Notes under the pieces: generated by a model | What the model was told of the DNA's origin: nothing | Database searches by the model: none | What the model saw: the letters and a program-made list of their open reading frames with translations, nothing else | Assembly (NCBI GenBank): GCA_014894395.1 | Contig: JADBLO010000072.1 | Coordinates: 130,351-194,350 of the forward strand | Length of the DNA: 64,000 bases | DNA from: Thermoplasmata archaeon | GTDB lineage: Archaea; Thermoplasmatota; E2; DHVEG-1 | Direction of reading: 5' to 3' | Made by a program: the position numbers and the translations under genes | Shown here: piece after piece, positions 47,492 through 56,810 of the stretch | How positions within the stretch are numbered: the first letter of the stretch is position 1 | Layout: every line of letters starts with the position of its first letter

Positions 47492-49531
47492 TTAGGCTGA
47501 TGGAACAGGTTGTTTTTCTGTTTCCTTTTTCTTTTTCTTCGGACATTCAGAGTTAATACAGAGTTCCCATGTCGGTCGTCCTTTCATTTTCACTTTAACA
47601 ATGGGAGTGTTACAGGCGTCACACAGTTTCGTCGTCATCGTCAGGCCGCCTTGTTGAGGTAGTGAATACGTGTTCGTACACTCCGGGTACCCGGTGCAGC
47701 CGACAAACCGTTTCGCTTTCTTAGACACCCGGACCACTAGTGGTTTACCGCATTTCGGACATGTTCCAATCGTATTTTGCTCTCTGACAGCGTTGGTGAT
47801 ATTTGTTTTAATCTTCTCTTTCTCAGGCTCAAGTTCCTGCATTACTTTCGTGAGCATCTCCCGTGATTCCTTTACGGTTGCGTCCAGTGTCTTTTTTCCT
47901 TCTGCGATTTCATTCATGTCTGATTCTAGCTCAGCGGTCATTTTTGGTTTTACCACATCACAGTTTATCAACGCATCAACAACCGCGATCGCAGTTGACG
48001 TCGGAATAGGAGTCGCTCCGGTGACATACTTTCGACTGTATAATTTACTGATAATCTCATGACGAGTAGATTTCGTCCCTAGTGAAAGCTGCTCCATCTT
48101 CCCGATCAATGCTCCTTGGGTGTACCGCTGTGGTGGTTTTGTCGTGTCTTGCTTGACAAAGATCTGGACGATGTCAAGTTTCTCCCCCTCAATCAGTTCC
48201 GGTAGTGTTTTCTTTTTGTCTTTGATGTAGGGATAGAGATTTTTCCAGTGTGGTTCCACAAGCCGGTACCCGCTGGTGATAAATTTCTCCCCGGAGATAT
48301 CGAACCATACATCGGTTGTCTCTGAGATTGCGTCTTTTGCTAGTGTCGCAAAAAACCTCCGGCAGATAAGCTCATAGATTGCTGCTTGGTCAGCGCTGAG
48401 TTTTTTAGACGGCGCATCAACAGGGTGAATCGGGGGGTGATCGGTTGTTTGTTGTTTCCCTCGTGTTGGGTGGCTCCTTCCGTTCGTTTGTACTTCTTGG
48501 ACTTCTTTAGAAAACTGAGCAGCTGAGAGTTTCTGTAAAATACCGCTAATGTTCAATGACGGGGGATAGACAGTGTTGTCTGTTCGTGGGTACGACGTCA
48601 ACCCCGTCATATAGAGTTCTTCTGCGATGCTCATTGCCTTTGCCGCGGAAAAACCAAGGTACGAGGCTGCTTGTATAAACGTAGTGGTGTTGAATGGAGT
48701 TGGTGGAAGCTCGTTGTTCACGATTTTCTTTACTTCCTTTACCAATGCTTCTTTGCTTTCCTTGATTTTCGTATAGATCTCTTGAGCGAGGTGTTCTTCT
48801 CGGAATATGCCGTGTTCATGATTGGTATCCAAGGGTTTGTCTTTTTTGAGTCGAGCGATAATCTGCCAATATGGTTTTGGTACAAAGTTTTTGATCTCTT
48901 TTTCTCGTTCGACAAGTAAAGCAAGGGTTGGTGATTGTACCCGTCCGATTGAAAGGAAATCTCGCCCAAGTCGACGAGACGTCAAGGAAATAAATCGCGT
49001 GAGTACCGCCCCCCATACCAAATCAATGAATTGTCGTGCTTCACCAGCACTGGAAAGGTTATAGTCCACCTCGGTGAGGTTGTCAAATGCGGTGTTGATC
49101 TCAAAAGGGGTAATAGCGCTGTATCTGGCTCGTTTTATTTGTGTAATGTTTTGGTTGTAGCTTTTCAGAAGGTTGACAACTTCGACACCGATGAGTTCAC
49201 CTTCTCGGTCAAAATCAGTCGCAACAATGAGGGAGGGGGTGTTTTCAACTAGGGTTTTTAACGCTAAGGCGATCCCTTTTTCACTAACGTTTTTTAAGGG
49301 CTCTACGTTAATCAGTTCGTGAGGAGCGATCTTGTTCCATTGGTTAAAATCACTGGGGTAATCCAGGTTGATGATGTGCCCTTTTAATCCGATGACGCTC
49401 CATGGTTCATTGTCTTTTGTGAAATCGTACACCGGTATTTTTCCGAGATACGTGCTTTTTGTTTTTCCCCCGGAAAGAATGTACGCGATTCGTCTCGCCG
49501 CAATGTTTTTTTCACAAATGATGAGCTTCAT
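47492..49531 (-). CDS. topA: DNA topoisomerase I (type IA) with C-terminal Zn-ribbons
   Basis: 679 aa. Toprim N-terminus MKLIICEKNIAARRIA. Active-site region GLTSYPRTDN. Two C-terminal CxxC...CxxC zinc ribbons. Confidence 0.85.
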   Translation of the reverse strand: MKLIICEKNIAARRIAYILSGGKTKSTYLGKIPVYDFTKDNEPWSVIGLKGHIINLDYPSDFNQWNKIAPHELINVEPLKNVSEKGIALALKTLVENTPSLIVATDFDREGELIGVEVVNLLKSYNQNITQIKRARYSAITPFEINTAFDNLTEVDYNLSSAGEARQFIDLVWGAVLTRFISLTSRRLGRDFLSIGRVQSPTLALLVEREKEIKNFVPKPYWQIIARLKKDKPLDTNHEHGIFREEHLAQEIYTKIKESKEALVKEVKKIVNNELPPTPFNTTTFIQAASYLGFSAAKAMSIAEELYMTGLTSYPRTDNTVYPPSLNISGILQKLSAAQFSKEVQEVQTNGRSHPTRGKQQTTDHPPIHPVDAPSKKLSADQAAIYELICRRFFATLAKDAISETTDVWFDISGEKFITSGYRLVEPHWKNLYPYIKDKKKTLPELIEGEKLDIVQIFVKQDTTKPPQRYTQGALIGKMEQLSLGTKSTRHEIISKLYSRKYVTGATPIPTSTAIAVVDALINCDVVKPKMTAELESDMNEIAEGKKTLDATVKESREMLTKVMQELEPEKEKIKTNITNAVREQNTIGTCPKCGKPLVVRVSKKAKRFVGCTGYPECTNTYSLPQQGGLTMTTKLCDACNTPIVKVKMKGRPTWELCINSECPKKKKKETEKQPVPSA

Positions 49532-49644
49532 GGTTGGTCCTAGCTTGAAAAGTCAACATAAAGATTAGATATAATTAGTTTACGATAGGCAAAAAGGTAG
49601 GTTGAAACTATTTATATGGTCATGGTATTTCCTGATGTGAGACT

Positions 49645-50091
49645 ATGAAAATCCAAATAATCATGGGGTCGTCTTCTGATATGCCGGTTGCTGAAAAAGC
49701 AAAAACAATTTTTGAGGAATTTGGAGTTGATTACAATATCAAGGTTGCATCTGCGCATCGAACACCGGATGTACTTAAAAAGCTCGTAGAGAAAAGCAAT
49801 GCTGATGTGTTTATAGGTATCGCTGGGTTTTCCGCAGCGTTACCAGGAACCATTGCTGCTCATACCATTAAACCAGTAATTGGTGTGCCGGTGAGTGGAA
49901 AGGTAAATCTTGATGCGATTCTTTCCATCATTCAAATGCCACCAGGGATTCCCGTGGGAGCAGTGGGCCTTGACCGGGGTGAGAACGCGGCGTTGCTTGC
50001 TGTTGAAATCCTTGCAGTTAGTGATAAAAAATTAACAAAGAAATTGGAAAATTACCGGAAAAAGATGCGGGAGAAGGCACTGTCGAAATAG
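49645..50091 (+). CDS. purE: N5-carboxyaminoimidazole ribonucleotide mutase / AIR carboxylase catalytic subunit
   Basis: 148 aa. IIMGSSSD...SAHRTP...[11 protein letters not shown] is the PurE signature. Confidence 0.8.
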   Translation: MKIQIIMGSSSDMPVAEKAKTIFEEFGVDYNIKVASAHRTPDVLKKLVEKSNADVFIGIAGFSAALPGTIAAHTIKPVIGVPVSGKVNLDAILSIIQMPPGIPVGAVGLDRGENAALLAVEILAVSDKKLTKKLENYRKKMREKALSK

Positions 50092-50102
50092 AGGTTTATC
50101 AG

Positions 50103-51050
50103 ATGTTTAACGCGGAGAAATTCATCGAAAAAACAATTCCAAATCTTCAGAAAGATATTCAGAGAAAAGCACTTATTGCATTCTCCGGTGGTGTTGATAG
50201 TACTGTGTGCGCGGCATTAGTGAATAAAGCGATTGGTGACCGGTTGATTGCTGTACATGTGAACACGGGGTATATGCGGAAGAATGAGCCTGAACAGGTT
50301 AAACAGATGATGGAAGATCTGTCGTTGAACTATCGTTTCGTTGATGCAAGTAAAGAGTATTATGCTGCTTTGAAAGGTGTGGAAGACCCTGAGAAGAAAC
50401 GAAAGATCATCGGGGAAAAGTTCATCAGAATATTTGAAAAAGTTGCCAGAGAAGAAAAAGTCGATTACTTAGTGCAGGGGACGATTGCGCCTGACTGGAT
50501 TGAATCTGGTGGGGGCTTGCGTGATACCATTAAATCGCATCATAATGTCGGTGGATTGCCCAAGGATATGAAGTTGAAACTAGCTGAGCCGCTCCGTGAT
50601 TTGTATAAAGATGAGGTGCGGAAAGTCGCCCGCGTTCTCCATTTGAAGGTTTCAGAACGACAGCCGTTTCCTGGCCCAGGGCTCGCAATTCGGATCATCG
50701 GTGAGCCAACACCAGAACGCACCGAACTTGTACGAGAAGCATGTGATATCGTTGAAAAGGAAATCGAGCGTGCATCTGAACAAGGACTCATGGAACGCCC
50801 GTGGCAGTATTTTGCGGTACTTATCCCGATAAAAACCGTTGGAGTTCATGGTGATAAACGAGCCTATGGGAATACAATCGCGATCCGTGCGGTGCAGAGT
50901 GTCGATGCGATGACCTGTCATTATAGCACGATTCCTCATGAGGTGCTTGATACGATTTCTACGAAAATAACGAATACGATGAAGGAGAAAGTAAACCGCA
51001 TTGTCTATGATGTGACGAATAAGCCTCCGGGGACTGTCGAATGGGAATAA
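50103..51050 (+). CDS. guaAB: GMP synthase, ATP pyrophosphatase subunit (subunit B)
   Basis: 315 aa. PP-loop AFSGGVDSTV. C-terminal dimerisation domain. Archaeal split guaA. Confidence 0.85.
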   Translation: MFNAEKFIEKTIPNLQKDIQRKALIAFSGGVDSTVCAALVNKAIGDRLIAVHVNTGYMRKNEPEQVKQMMEDLSLNYRFVDASKEYYAALKGVEDPEKKRKIIGEKFIRIFEKVAREEKVDYLVQGTIAPDWIESGGGLRDTIKSHHNVGGLPKDMKLKLAEPLRDLYKDEVRKVARVLHLKVSERQPFPGPGLAIRIIGEPTPERTELVREACDIVEKEIERASEQGLMERPWQYFAVLIPIKTVGVHGDKRAYGNTIAIRAVQSVDAMTCHYSTIPHEVLDTISTKITNTMKEKVNRIVYDVTNKPPGTVEWE

Positions 51051-51054
51051 ACGT

Positions 51055-51630
51055 ATGGTGCGAATCTTCGTAATTGATAACGGCGGGCAATGGACGCATC
51101 GCGAATGGCGTACTCTACGGGACCTTGAGGTTCAGACAAAAATTGTACCGAACACGACAATTTTTGAGGATTTACAAAAAGAGAAAATACAAGGGCTGGT
51201 TCTCTCCGGTGGGGCACCACGAATAGGGCTTGATGGTAGCCTAGGGAACTGCGCTGAGTATTTAGAGAAGGCAGACTTTCCGATCCTTGGGATATGCGCT
51301 GGGCATCAATTCATGGCTCGTTTTTTCGGTGGTGAAGTGAAACCATCGAAGATACCGGAGTTTGGGCAGGTTGAAATGACGTTAATTAAAGATGATGATG
51401 CATTATTTGAAGGTGTGTTAAAAAAGTCGATTGTGTGGGAATCGCACAACGACGAGGTGACTGTTTTACCCAAGGATTTTGTTAGAATTGCAGAAAGTGA
51501 AAATTGTAAGATCCAGGCGATGCAACATAAGAAAAAACAATTTTATGGCCTGCAGTTTCATCCAGAAGTGGAGCATACTGAATACGGAGAGCATATCTTT
51601 AAGAATTTTATACAACTGTGCGAAGAGTAA
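51055..51630 (+). CDS. guaAA: GMP synthase, glutamine amidotransferase subunit (subunit A)
   Basis: 191 aa. Class I GATase GICAGHQ catalytic Cys. HPE near the C-terminus (QFHPEVEH). Confidence 0.8.
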   Translation: MVRIFVIDNGGQWTHREWRTLRDLEVQTKIVPNTTIFEDLQKEKIQGLVLSGGAPRIGLDGSLGNCAEYLEKADFPILGICAGHQFMARFFGGEVKPSKIPEFGQVEMTLIKDDDALFEGVLKKSIVWESHNDEVTVLPKDFVRIAESENCKIQAMQHKKKQFYGLQFHPEVEHTEYGEHIFKNFIQLCEE

Positions 51631-51681
51631 TTAGTTTTCATAACACGACTGAAAGACACGTCGTGACGAACAATTGGACAG

Positions 51682-52239
51682 TTAATTATTTTTTTTCCTG
51701 ACTCGTACACTTCGGTATATCGTTTCGACGAGTACGATCAGGAGAAAGAAAAAAATCAACACACCCACAAAACTACCTATTACATAGAGTACGATTGTAA
51801 GGAGATCATCATCGGAGAAAAGAACATTATTGACTCCGAAGTAACTGCTGCCCAGCAGAGCAATAAAAAACATAATGGAGAGAACTACTGCCAGGACAAA
51901 TTCCAAAAAATAGTTTTTCTTTTTAGGACTTTTAGGAGCATCTTCTGTTTCGTCCAAAAATTCTAATACCTCTTTCTTTTCTTTTGTCAGGTCGACAGAT
52001 TTTTCTGCGTTTTCTTCTTTGATTTCTTCTTTTCGCTCTACGGTTTGTTTTTTCTCATTTGAAAGCGCGTCTATGAATTTCTTATATTCAATCTCAGAAT
52101 CAAAGAGAAGAGATGCTCCTTGGTACCCGCAGTCCTTACATACTTCTTTCCACGAGGATAATCCAGATATTATGCCGTCGCCGAGTGTTCCAATACCGAT
52201 ATTTTTACTTCCACAATTCGGACATGCGGTAATTTCCAT
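51682..52239 (-). CDS. Zn-ribbon membrane protein, hypothetical
   Basis: 185 aa. N-terminal CPNCGS...CKDCG ribbon, acidic/lysine-rich linker, two C-terminal TM helices. Confidence 0.4.
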   Translation of the reverse strand: MEITACPNCGSKNIGIGTLGDGIISGLSSWKEVCKDCGYQGASLLFDSEIEYKKFIDALSNEKKQTVERKEEIKEENAEKSVDLTKEKKEVLEFLDETEDAPKSPKKKNYFLEFVLAVVLSIMFFIALLGSSYFGVNNVLFSDDDLLTIVLYVIGSFVGVLIFFFLLIVLVETIYRSVRVRKKNN

Positions 52240-52254
52240 CGTTCACACCATCGA

Positions 52255-52806
52255 TTATTTCCATCGTTTGAACAGAGAATGTTGGATGCCAAGTTGATCA
52301 AAGACTTTTCCAACAATAAAATCAACTAACTCTTCAATATTTTTGGGTTGATGATAAAATGCAGGCATCGCAGGTAAGATGATCGCTCCGCTTTCTTTTG
52401 CAGCTAGCATGTTTCTAATCCCTGGTACATCAAGTGGTGTTTCACGAACAACAAGAACGAGTTTTCTCCCTTCCTTTAAACAACAGCTCGCTGCTCGTGA
52501 CGTCAACGAATCTCCGTATCCATTGGCGATCGCAGAGAGCGTTTTCATACTACAAGGAATAACAATCATGCCATCGAGAGGGAATGAACCGCTTGCTGGA
52601 TCAGCATATAAATCATCGTTGTCGTAGACGACGGCTGCTTTTTTCTTGATAGCATTATAGGTGTACCTGGTTTCGTGGTTGATGATCTTTTTTGCTGCTT
52701 CAGAGATAACAAGATGTACCTCATGTCCCGCTTTGTTCAACTCTTGTAGTAATCGGATTCCATAAATACTGCCCGATGCTCCCCCGATGCTAACAAAATA
52801 TTTCAT
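52255..52806 (-). CDS. ubiX: Flavin prenyltransferase UbiX/Pad1 family
   Basis: 183 aa. MKYFVSIGGASGSIYGIRLL flavoprotein N-terminus. PCSMKTLSAIA motif. Confidence 0.8.
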   Translation of the reverse strand: MKYFVSIGGASGSIYGIRLLQELNKAGHEVHLVISEAAKKIINHETRYTYNAIKKKAAVVYDNDDLYADPASGSFPLDGMIVIPCSMKTLSAIANGYGDSLTSRAASCCLKEGRKLVLVVRETPLDVPGIRNMLAAKESGAIILPAMPAFYHQPKNIEELVDFIVGKVFDQLGIQHSLFKRWK

Positions 52807-52809
52807 ATC

Positions 52810-53550
52810 TTACATGCCTTCTATAGCGTTAACAATATCGGTGAGTGTTGTTTTAAAATGCTTGTCTTTTTCAATCGCAGTACCAGTAATGATGATGTCT
52901 GCTCCTGCACGTACTTTTTCTTTGGCCGTTTTGGAATCTCGGATACCACCACCGACGATGACAGGGATAGAGGTGTTTTTCTTCACCGCCTGGATCATCT
53001 CATTTGGAACCGGTGTTGGAGCCCCGGAGCCAGCCTCAATATAGAAAAACTTCATGCCAAGGTATTCTGCAGCAAGGGCATATCCCACCGCGGTTTGAGG
53101 ATCGTCTCTTTTGATTAACTCAGCTTCTCCGACACGACCAGCCATCATTCCTGGTTCTACAATCACATATCCCATGGAAATCGGCTCAAGCCCTGAGTAT
53201 TTGACAAATGGCGCTCCTTTGACATGCTCCCTGATCACGTAATCCAGATTATTTGAGTTGAGGAGACTCATGAAAAAGACTGCGTCAGCGTATTTACTCA
53301 GGAATTTCGCGCTAGAGGGAAACAGGATGACAGGCAGATCTGAATTTTTTTTGATGGCTTGAACGGTTTCATCTACCTGTTTCTGCGACAGGAGGGTAGA
53401 CCCACCAACCATGATCGCGCTACTTCCGGCGTCAGAAACTGTCTGTGCAATGTGTCCAGCAACACTTGGTTTTTGTTTATCCGGGTCGAGGAGCGCGAAA
53501 TGAAGTCTCTTTTTCCGTGCTAGTTCAACAATCGTATCTGCGATAGTCAT
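52810..53550 (-). CDS. Geranylgeranylglyceryl phosphate synthase (PcrB family)
   Basis: 246 aa TIM-barrel. HFALLDPDK near the N-terminus and GGGIR near the C-terminus, typical of GGGPS. Confidence 0.8.
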   Translation of the reverse strand: MTIADTIVELARKKRLHFALLDPDKQKPSVAGHIAQTVSDAGSSAIMVGGSTLLSQKQVDETVQAIKKNSDLPVILFPSSAKFLSKYADAVFFMSLLNSNNLDYVIREHVKGAPFVKYSGLEPISMGYVIVEPGMMAGRVGEAELIKRDDPQTAVGYALAAEYLGMKFFYIEAGSGAPTPVPNEMIQAVKKNTSIPVIVGGGIRDSKTAKEKVRAGADIIITGTAIEKDKHFKTTLTDIVNAIEGM

Positions 53551-53583
53551 TAGGGGTTAAAGAACACCGGATGTATTTATGTT

Positions 53584-54369
53584 TTATGCCTTGGGGAGAA
53601 GGTCACAGATTAACTTTTCTGAACATGCGGCAAGAACACTGGTTCTCTCCACTAAATTAAAATTCATATCCAGGTCGTCGCCGGAGATGGTTTTGACAAA
53701 ACCCCCTGCCTCCCGAACAATCAGGGTGGACGCGGCAATATCAATGACTCGAATAATGTCCTTTCCCACGAAATAATAATCAAGGGCGCCGATTGCGACC
53801 ATGCACATCTCAAGGGATGCTGAACCCAATGACCGAACGTTCCCTTTTTTTGATAAAAAACCGGCTCTTGAGGTATAGTTCTTCCCCAGGGAAATCGATG
53901 AAAGCAGCTCAGGAGAAGGCACCTCACAGACCCGGATTGGTGTATTGTTGAGAAACGCACCATGATGTTTCTCTGCGGTGAACACATCGCCCGTTGGGAT
54001 GTTTTTCACAACACCATATTCGATATCACTGATCTTCGATGTACCTATCGCTAAGGAGACAGAGTAGAACGGGATGCCCCGATACGCGTTCCGTGTTCCA
54101 TCCACCGGGTCTAACACGAACACGTACTTCCCACCAAAATCAACAAACCCTATCTCTTCACTGAGTAAATTTATCTTCATCTCAGATTTTTTTAATAGTT
54201 TGAGCGCAACATCCTCAGCGACTTTATCAATATAGGAGGTGGATGTTCCATCAGCCCCAAGGCCAATGGTTTTCCCAAGTTTATAGAAATTATTCTTAGC
54301 TTCCTTTTTTACTTCTTTGCTGATTTTTTCTACAATCTGATGAGCAAGATGTTTTAGTTTTTCATCCAT
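53584..54369 (-). CDS. Inositol monophosphatase / fructose-1,6-bisphosphatase family (SuhB-like)
   Basis: 261 aa. DPVDGT and metal-binding motifs WVLDPIDGT-like (FVLDPVDGTRN). Confidence 0.75.
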   Translation of the reverse strand: MDEKLKHLAHQIVEKISKEVKKEAKNNFYKLGKTIGLGADGTSTSYIDKVAEDVALKLLKKSEMKINLLSEEIGFVDFGGKYVFVLDPVDGTRNAYRGIPFYSVSLAIGTSKISDIEYGVVKNIPTGDVFTAEKHHGAFLNNTPIRVCEVPSPELLSSISLGKNYTSRAGFLSKKGNVRSLGSASLEMCMVAIGALDYYFVGKDIIRVIDIAASTLIVREAGGFVKTISGDDLDMNFNLVERTSVLAACSEKLICDLLPKA

Positions 54370-54372
54370 GTG

Positions 54373-54867
54373 TTATCCCTTGATGTTGATACCAAGATAG
54401 GTGAGCATCCAACTGATGTAAAGGGTGAGTATAATCATAATCACTGCAGCAAGAATTAGTCCAATGAAGATAGCAAGAAGAGATTTGGAGAATTTTAAAT
54501 CAAAAAGATACGCGATCAATGCACCTGTCCATGCACCAGTGAAGGGAACAGGTAATGCAACAAATGCAAATAAGCCAAGATACTGATACTTTCTGATTCT
54601 ACCATCTGCTTTCTTTCGTGTTCGTGCAAACAACCAATCCATAATCTTTGCCCAAAATGCGTACTTTCGAAGGAATTTTTCAACGTAGCGAAAAAACAGA
54701 AGGATAAACGGGATCGGCAACATATTCCCTGCAATAGCAAGAGGAAACGCTTGCCACCACTCCCATCCATACTGCAGCATCGAAAATGGTATCACATACC
54801 GTGCTTCGAGCCAGGGCACCATGGAGAAAAAAAATATTTGAAACCATTGCGGTAAAAAGTCAAGCAT
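54373..54867 (-). CDS. Small multidrug-export-like membrane protein (COG2426)
   Basis: 164 aa, 4 TM. ARYVIPFSM...GNMLPIPF... pattern of the Sm_multidrug_ex family. Confidence 0.55.
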   Translation of the reverse strand: MLDFLPQWFQIFFFSMVPWLEARYVIPFSMLQYGWEWWQAFPLAIAGNMLPIPFILLFFRYVEKFLRKYAFWAKIMDWLFARTRKKADGRIRKYQYLGLFAFVALPVPFTGAWTGALIAYLFDLKFSKSLLAIFIGLILAAVIMIILTLYISWMLTYLGINIKG

Positions 54868-54870
54868 GTA

Positions 54871-56154
54871 TTATACTCCAACGAACTTGCCAAATCCTTG
54901 TTTCACGAACATCTGATGATCGTCTATAACTTTTTCGCCCCTGATGAAAATCATGGAGGGGAAGATCGCAGGGAATCCTTCGAACGGTGTCCACCCGCAT
55001 TTTGAATGAAGCTTTTCTGCTGTTATCGTCTCTGTTTTTTTCAAATCAACAACAATGAAATCGGCATCCCGCCCAACCTCCATTTTCCCTTTTGGGAGGT
55101 TCAGGAGCTGCGCAGGTCGTTCACAGAGGAGAGTCAAGAGAGTGCTAAGTTTGATTTGCTCTTTTTTCATAGCGGTAAGCAAGAGAGGATACATGGTTTC
55201 AACTCCGGGTAGGCCTGAGGGAGCATCATCAAACTCAACGTTTTTTTCTTCTCCAGTATGCGGTGCGTGATCTGATTCAAAGATATCGATGAGCTTGTTG
55301 TTCACGCCGTACCAGAGTGTATCGCGATCAAAACTTGATCGGATCGGTGGGTTTACTTTATATAACGTCTGTTTAGTGTTAAGGGAATGCACATCAAAGA
55401 AAAGATGATGAGGGGTGACTCCAACGCTTACCTGGTTTGGTTTTTTGCGTAGCATCTCAAACCCTTCACAGGAAGAAAGATGGCAGATGTGAATCGGTGA
55501 AGAAAGACCAGGGGAGTTGTTGATGATGGTTCTGATAGCGGTTTCCTCGCATTCCGCGGATCGACATCGAAGATGATCAACAAGATTGTTCTCTAGGTCT
55601 TCGTGTGTTTTAAGACAGTGTTCGTCTTCTGCATGAATCAATGTTATTTTCTTTGTTCGATTGGTTTCAAGCAATGCGACTCGAAGATTTTTGGTGCTGA
55701 GTTGGAGAGAATGGGTACTGCCTCCTAAGAAGATTTTAAAACCACTGCAAAACGGGGAGATTTCTGCGAGCCGCCCGATATTCTCATCACTCACCGCTGC
55801 ATAAAGCCCGAAATCCACATAGCTTTTTTCTGAAGCAATCTGTGTCTTTTCTTTGAGTGTCTGTTTGCTTGTGGTTTGAGGCTGAGTGTTCGGCATGTCA
55901 AAGACACAGGAGACACCTCCGAATGCTGCTGCCTGTGAACCAGTTGAGAAATCCTCCTTGTGAGTAAAACCAGGGTCACGGAAATGAACATGAAGGTCGA
56001 TGCCGGCTGGGAGGATCAGGTTGTTGCCGACGTTGATATGATTGTCTGTTTTTAGGCTTTTTTTTATTGCGACGATTTTTCCTTGTTCGATGCCAAGGCA
56101 GCCTTGCTCGAATGTTCCGTTATAATAGAGTTTTCCTTCAATTGTCAGATCCAT
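54871..56154 (-). CDS. pyrC: Dihydroorotase (cyclic amidohydrolase)
   Basis: GIDLHVHFRDPG metal-binding motif. Amidohydrolase fold. Start placed at MDLTIEGKLYY. The track ORF extends to 56241 and would overlap the AMMECR1 gene by 104 nt. Confidence 0.75.
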   Translation of the reverse strand: MDLTIEGKLYYNGTFEQGCLGIEQGKIVAIKKSLKTDNHINVGNNLILPAGIDLHVHFRDPGFTHKEDFSTGSQAAAFGGVSCVFDMPNTQPQTTSKQTLKEKTQIASEKSYVDFGLYAAVSDENIGRLAEISPFCSGFKIFLGGSTHSLQLSTKNLRVALLETNRTKKITLIHAEDEHCLKTHEDLENNLVDHLRCRSAECEETAIRTIINNSPGLSSPIHICHLSSCEGFEMLRKKPNQVSVGVTPHHLFFDVHSLNTKQTLYKVNPPIRSSFDRDTLWYGVNNKLIDIFESDHAPHTGEEKNVEFDDAPSGLPGVETMYPLLLTAMKKEQIKLSTLLTLLCERPAQLLNLPKGKMEVGRDADFIVVDLKKTETITAEKLHSKCGWTPFEGFPAIFPSMIFIRGEKVIDDHQMFVKQGFGKFVGV

Positions 56155-56770
56155 CAAGGTGTGTCTCCTTAATTGGTCCATGTGGTTTTGTTTCGGTAAA
56201 GATTTGCCCTTGAAACTTCGAGATTTTTGTGGTTTTTTCAAACCACGCGTCAGGGGGCAAGCCCGCTTTCATGCAGGTATGCGAAAGATACTCTTCTTTA
56301 TTCCATTCTTGTTCTACAGGCACCTGAGGAAGTAACAAGCCTTTGTAAAAGCTTTGTTCAACAATTAACCCGTCTCGTCCAATGTCTATGTGTGCAGGAT
56401 AGTCTTGAGGTTGTTTTACTTTAATGAGTTCTGGTTTTGTAAGCACGGTGATTTCTACAATGATCGTATCAAGTTCCGTTTCTGCCAATGGCAGAAATCT
56501 AGGGTCTCTAGTGACTGATTGTGCTGATTCGATAATCGCTTCTTGCAATGACATGACAGGTAGGGGGATGCCGATACATCCTCGTAACTCGTGATCTGGG
56601 AAGGTGTGAAGGGTGACAAAAACTCCTTGTTTTTCATGAAAAGAATTTCCAAGATTTGGGGATGAATTCTTCTCGTGTTTGACATATTCTTGAATTATCT
56701 GCCGTGCGAACTGAACAGCTTTTGTCCCCTCTACAAGACTCAACATGGCAGAAAGTATAAGGAAAAGCAT
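56138..56770 (-). CDS. AMMECR1 domain protein
   Basis: 210 aa. GVFVTLH...LRGCIG motif characteristic of AMMECR1. Confidence 0.75.
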   Translation of the reverse strand: MLFLILSAMLSLVEGTKAVQFARQIIQEYVKHEKNSSPNLGNSFHEKQGVFVTLHTFPDHELRGCIGIPLPVMSLQEAIIESAQSVTRDPRFLPLAETELDTIIVEITVLTKPELIKVKQPQDYPAHIDIGRDGLIVEQSFYKGLLLPQVPVEQEWNKEEYLSHTCMKAGLPPDAWFEKTTKISKFQGQIFTETKPHGPIKETHLDGSDN

Positions 56771-56810
56771 TAAATAAAACTTGGTGAGGGGAAAAAACCC
56801 TCTCCCTTTT

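Noticed and set aside
56155-56241. Longer 456-aa version of the dihydroorotase ORF starting at 56241
   Set aside because: It would overlap the AMMECR1 gene by 104 nt on the same strand. An internal Met (MDLTIEGKLYY) leaves a 17-nt overlap, which is more plausible. The start remains uncertain.
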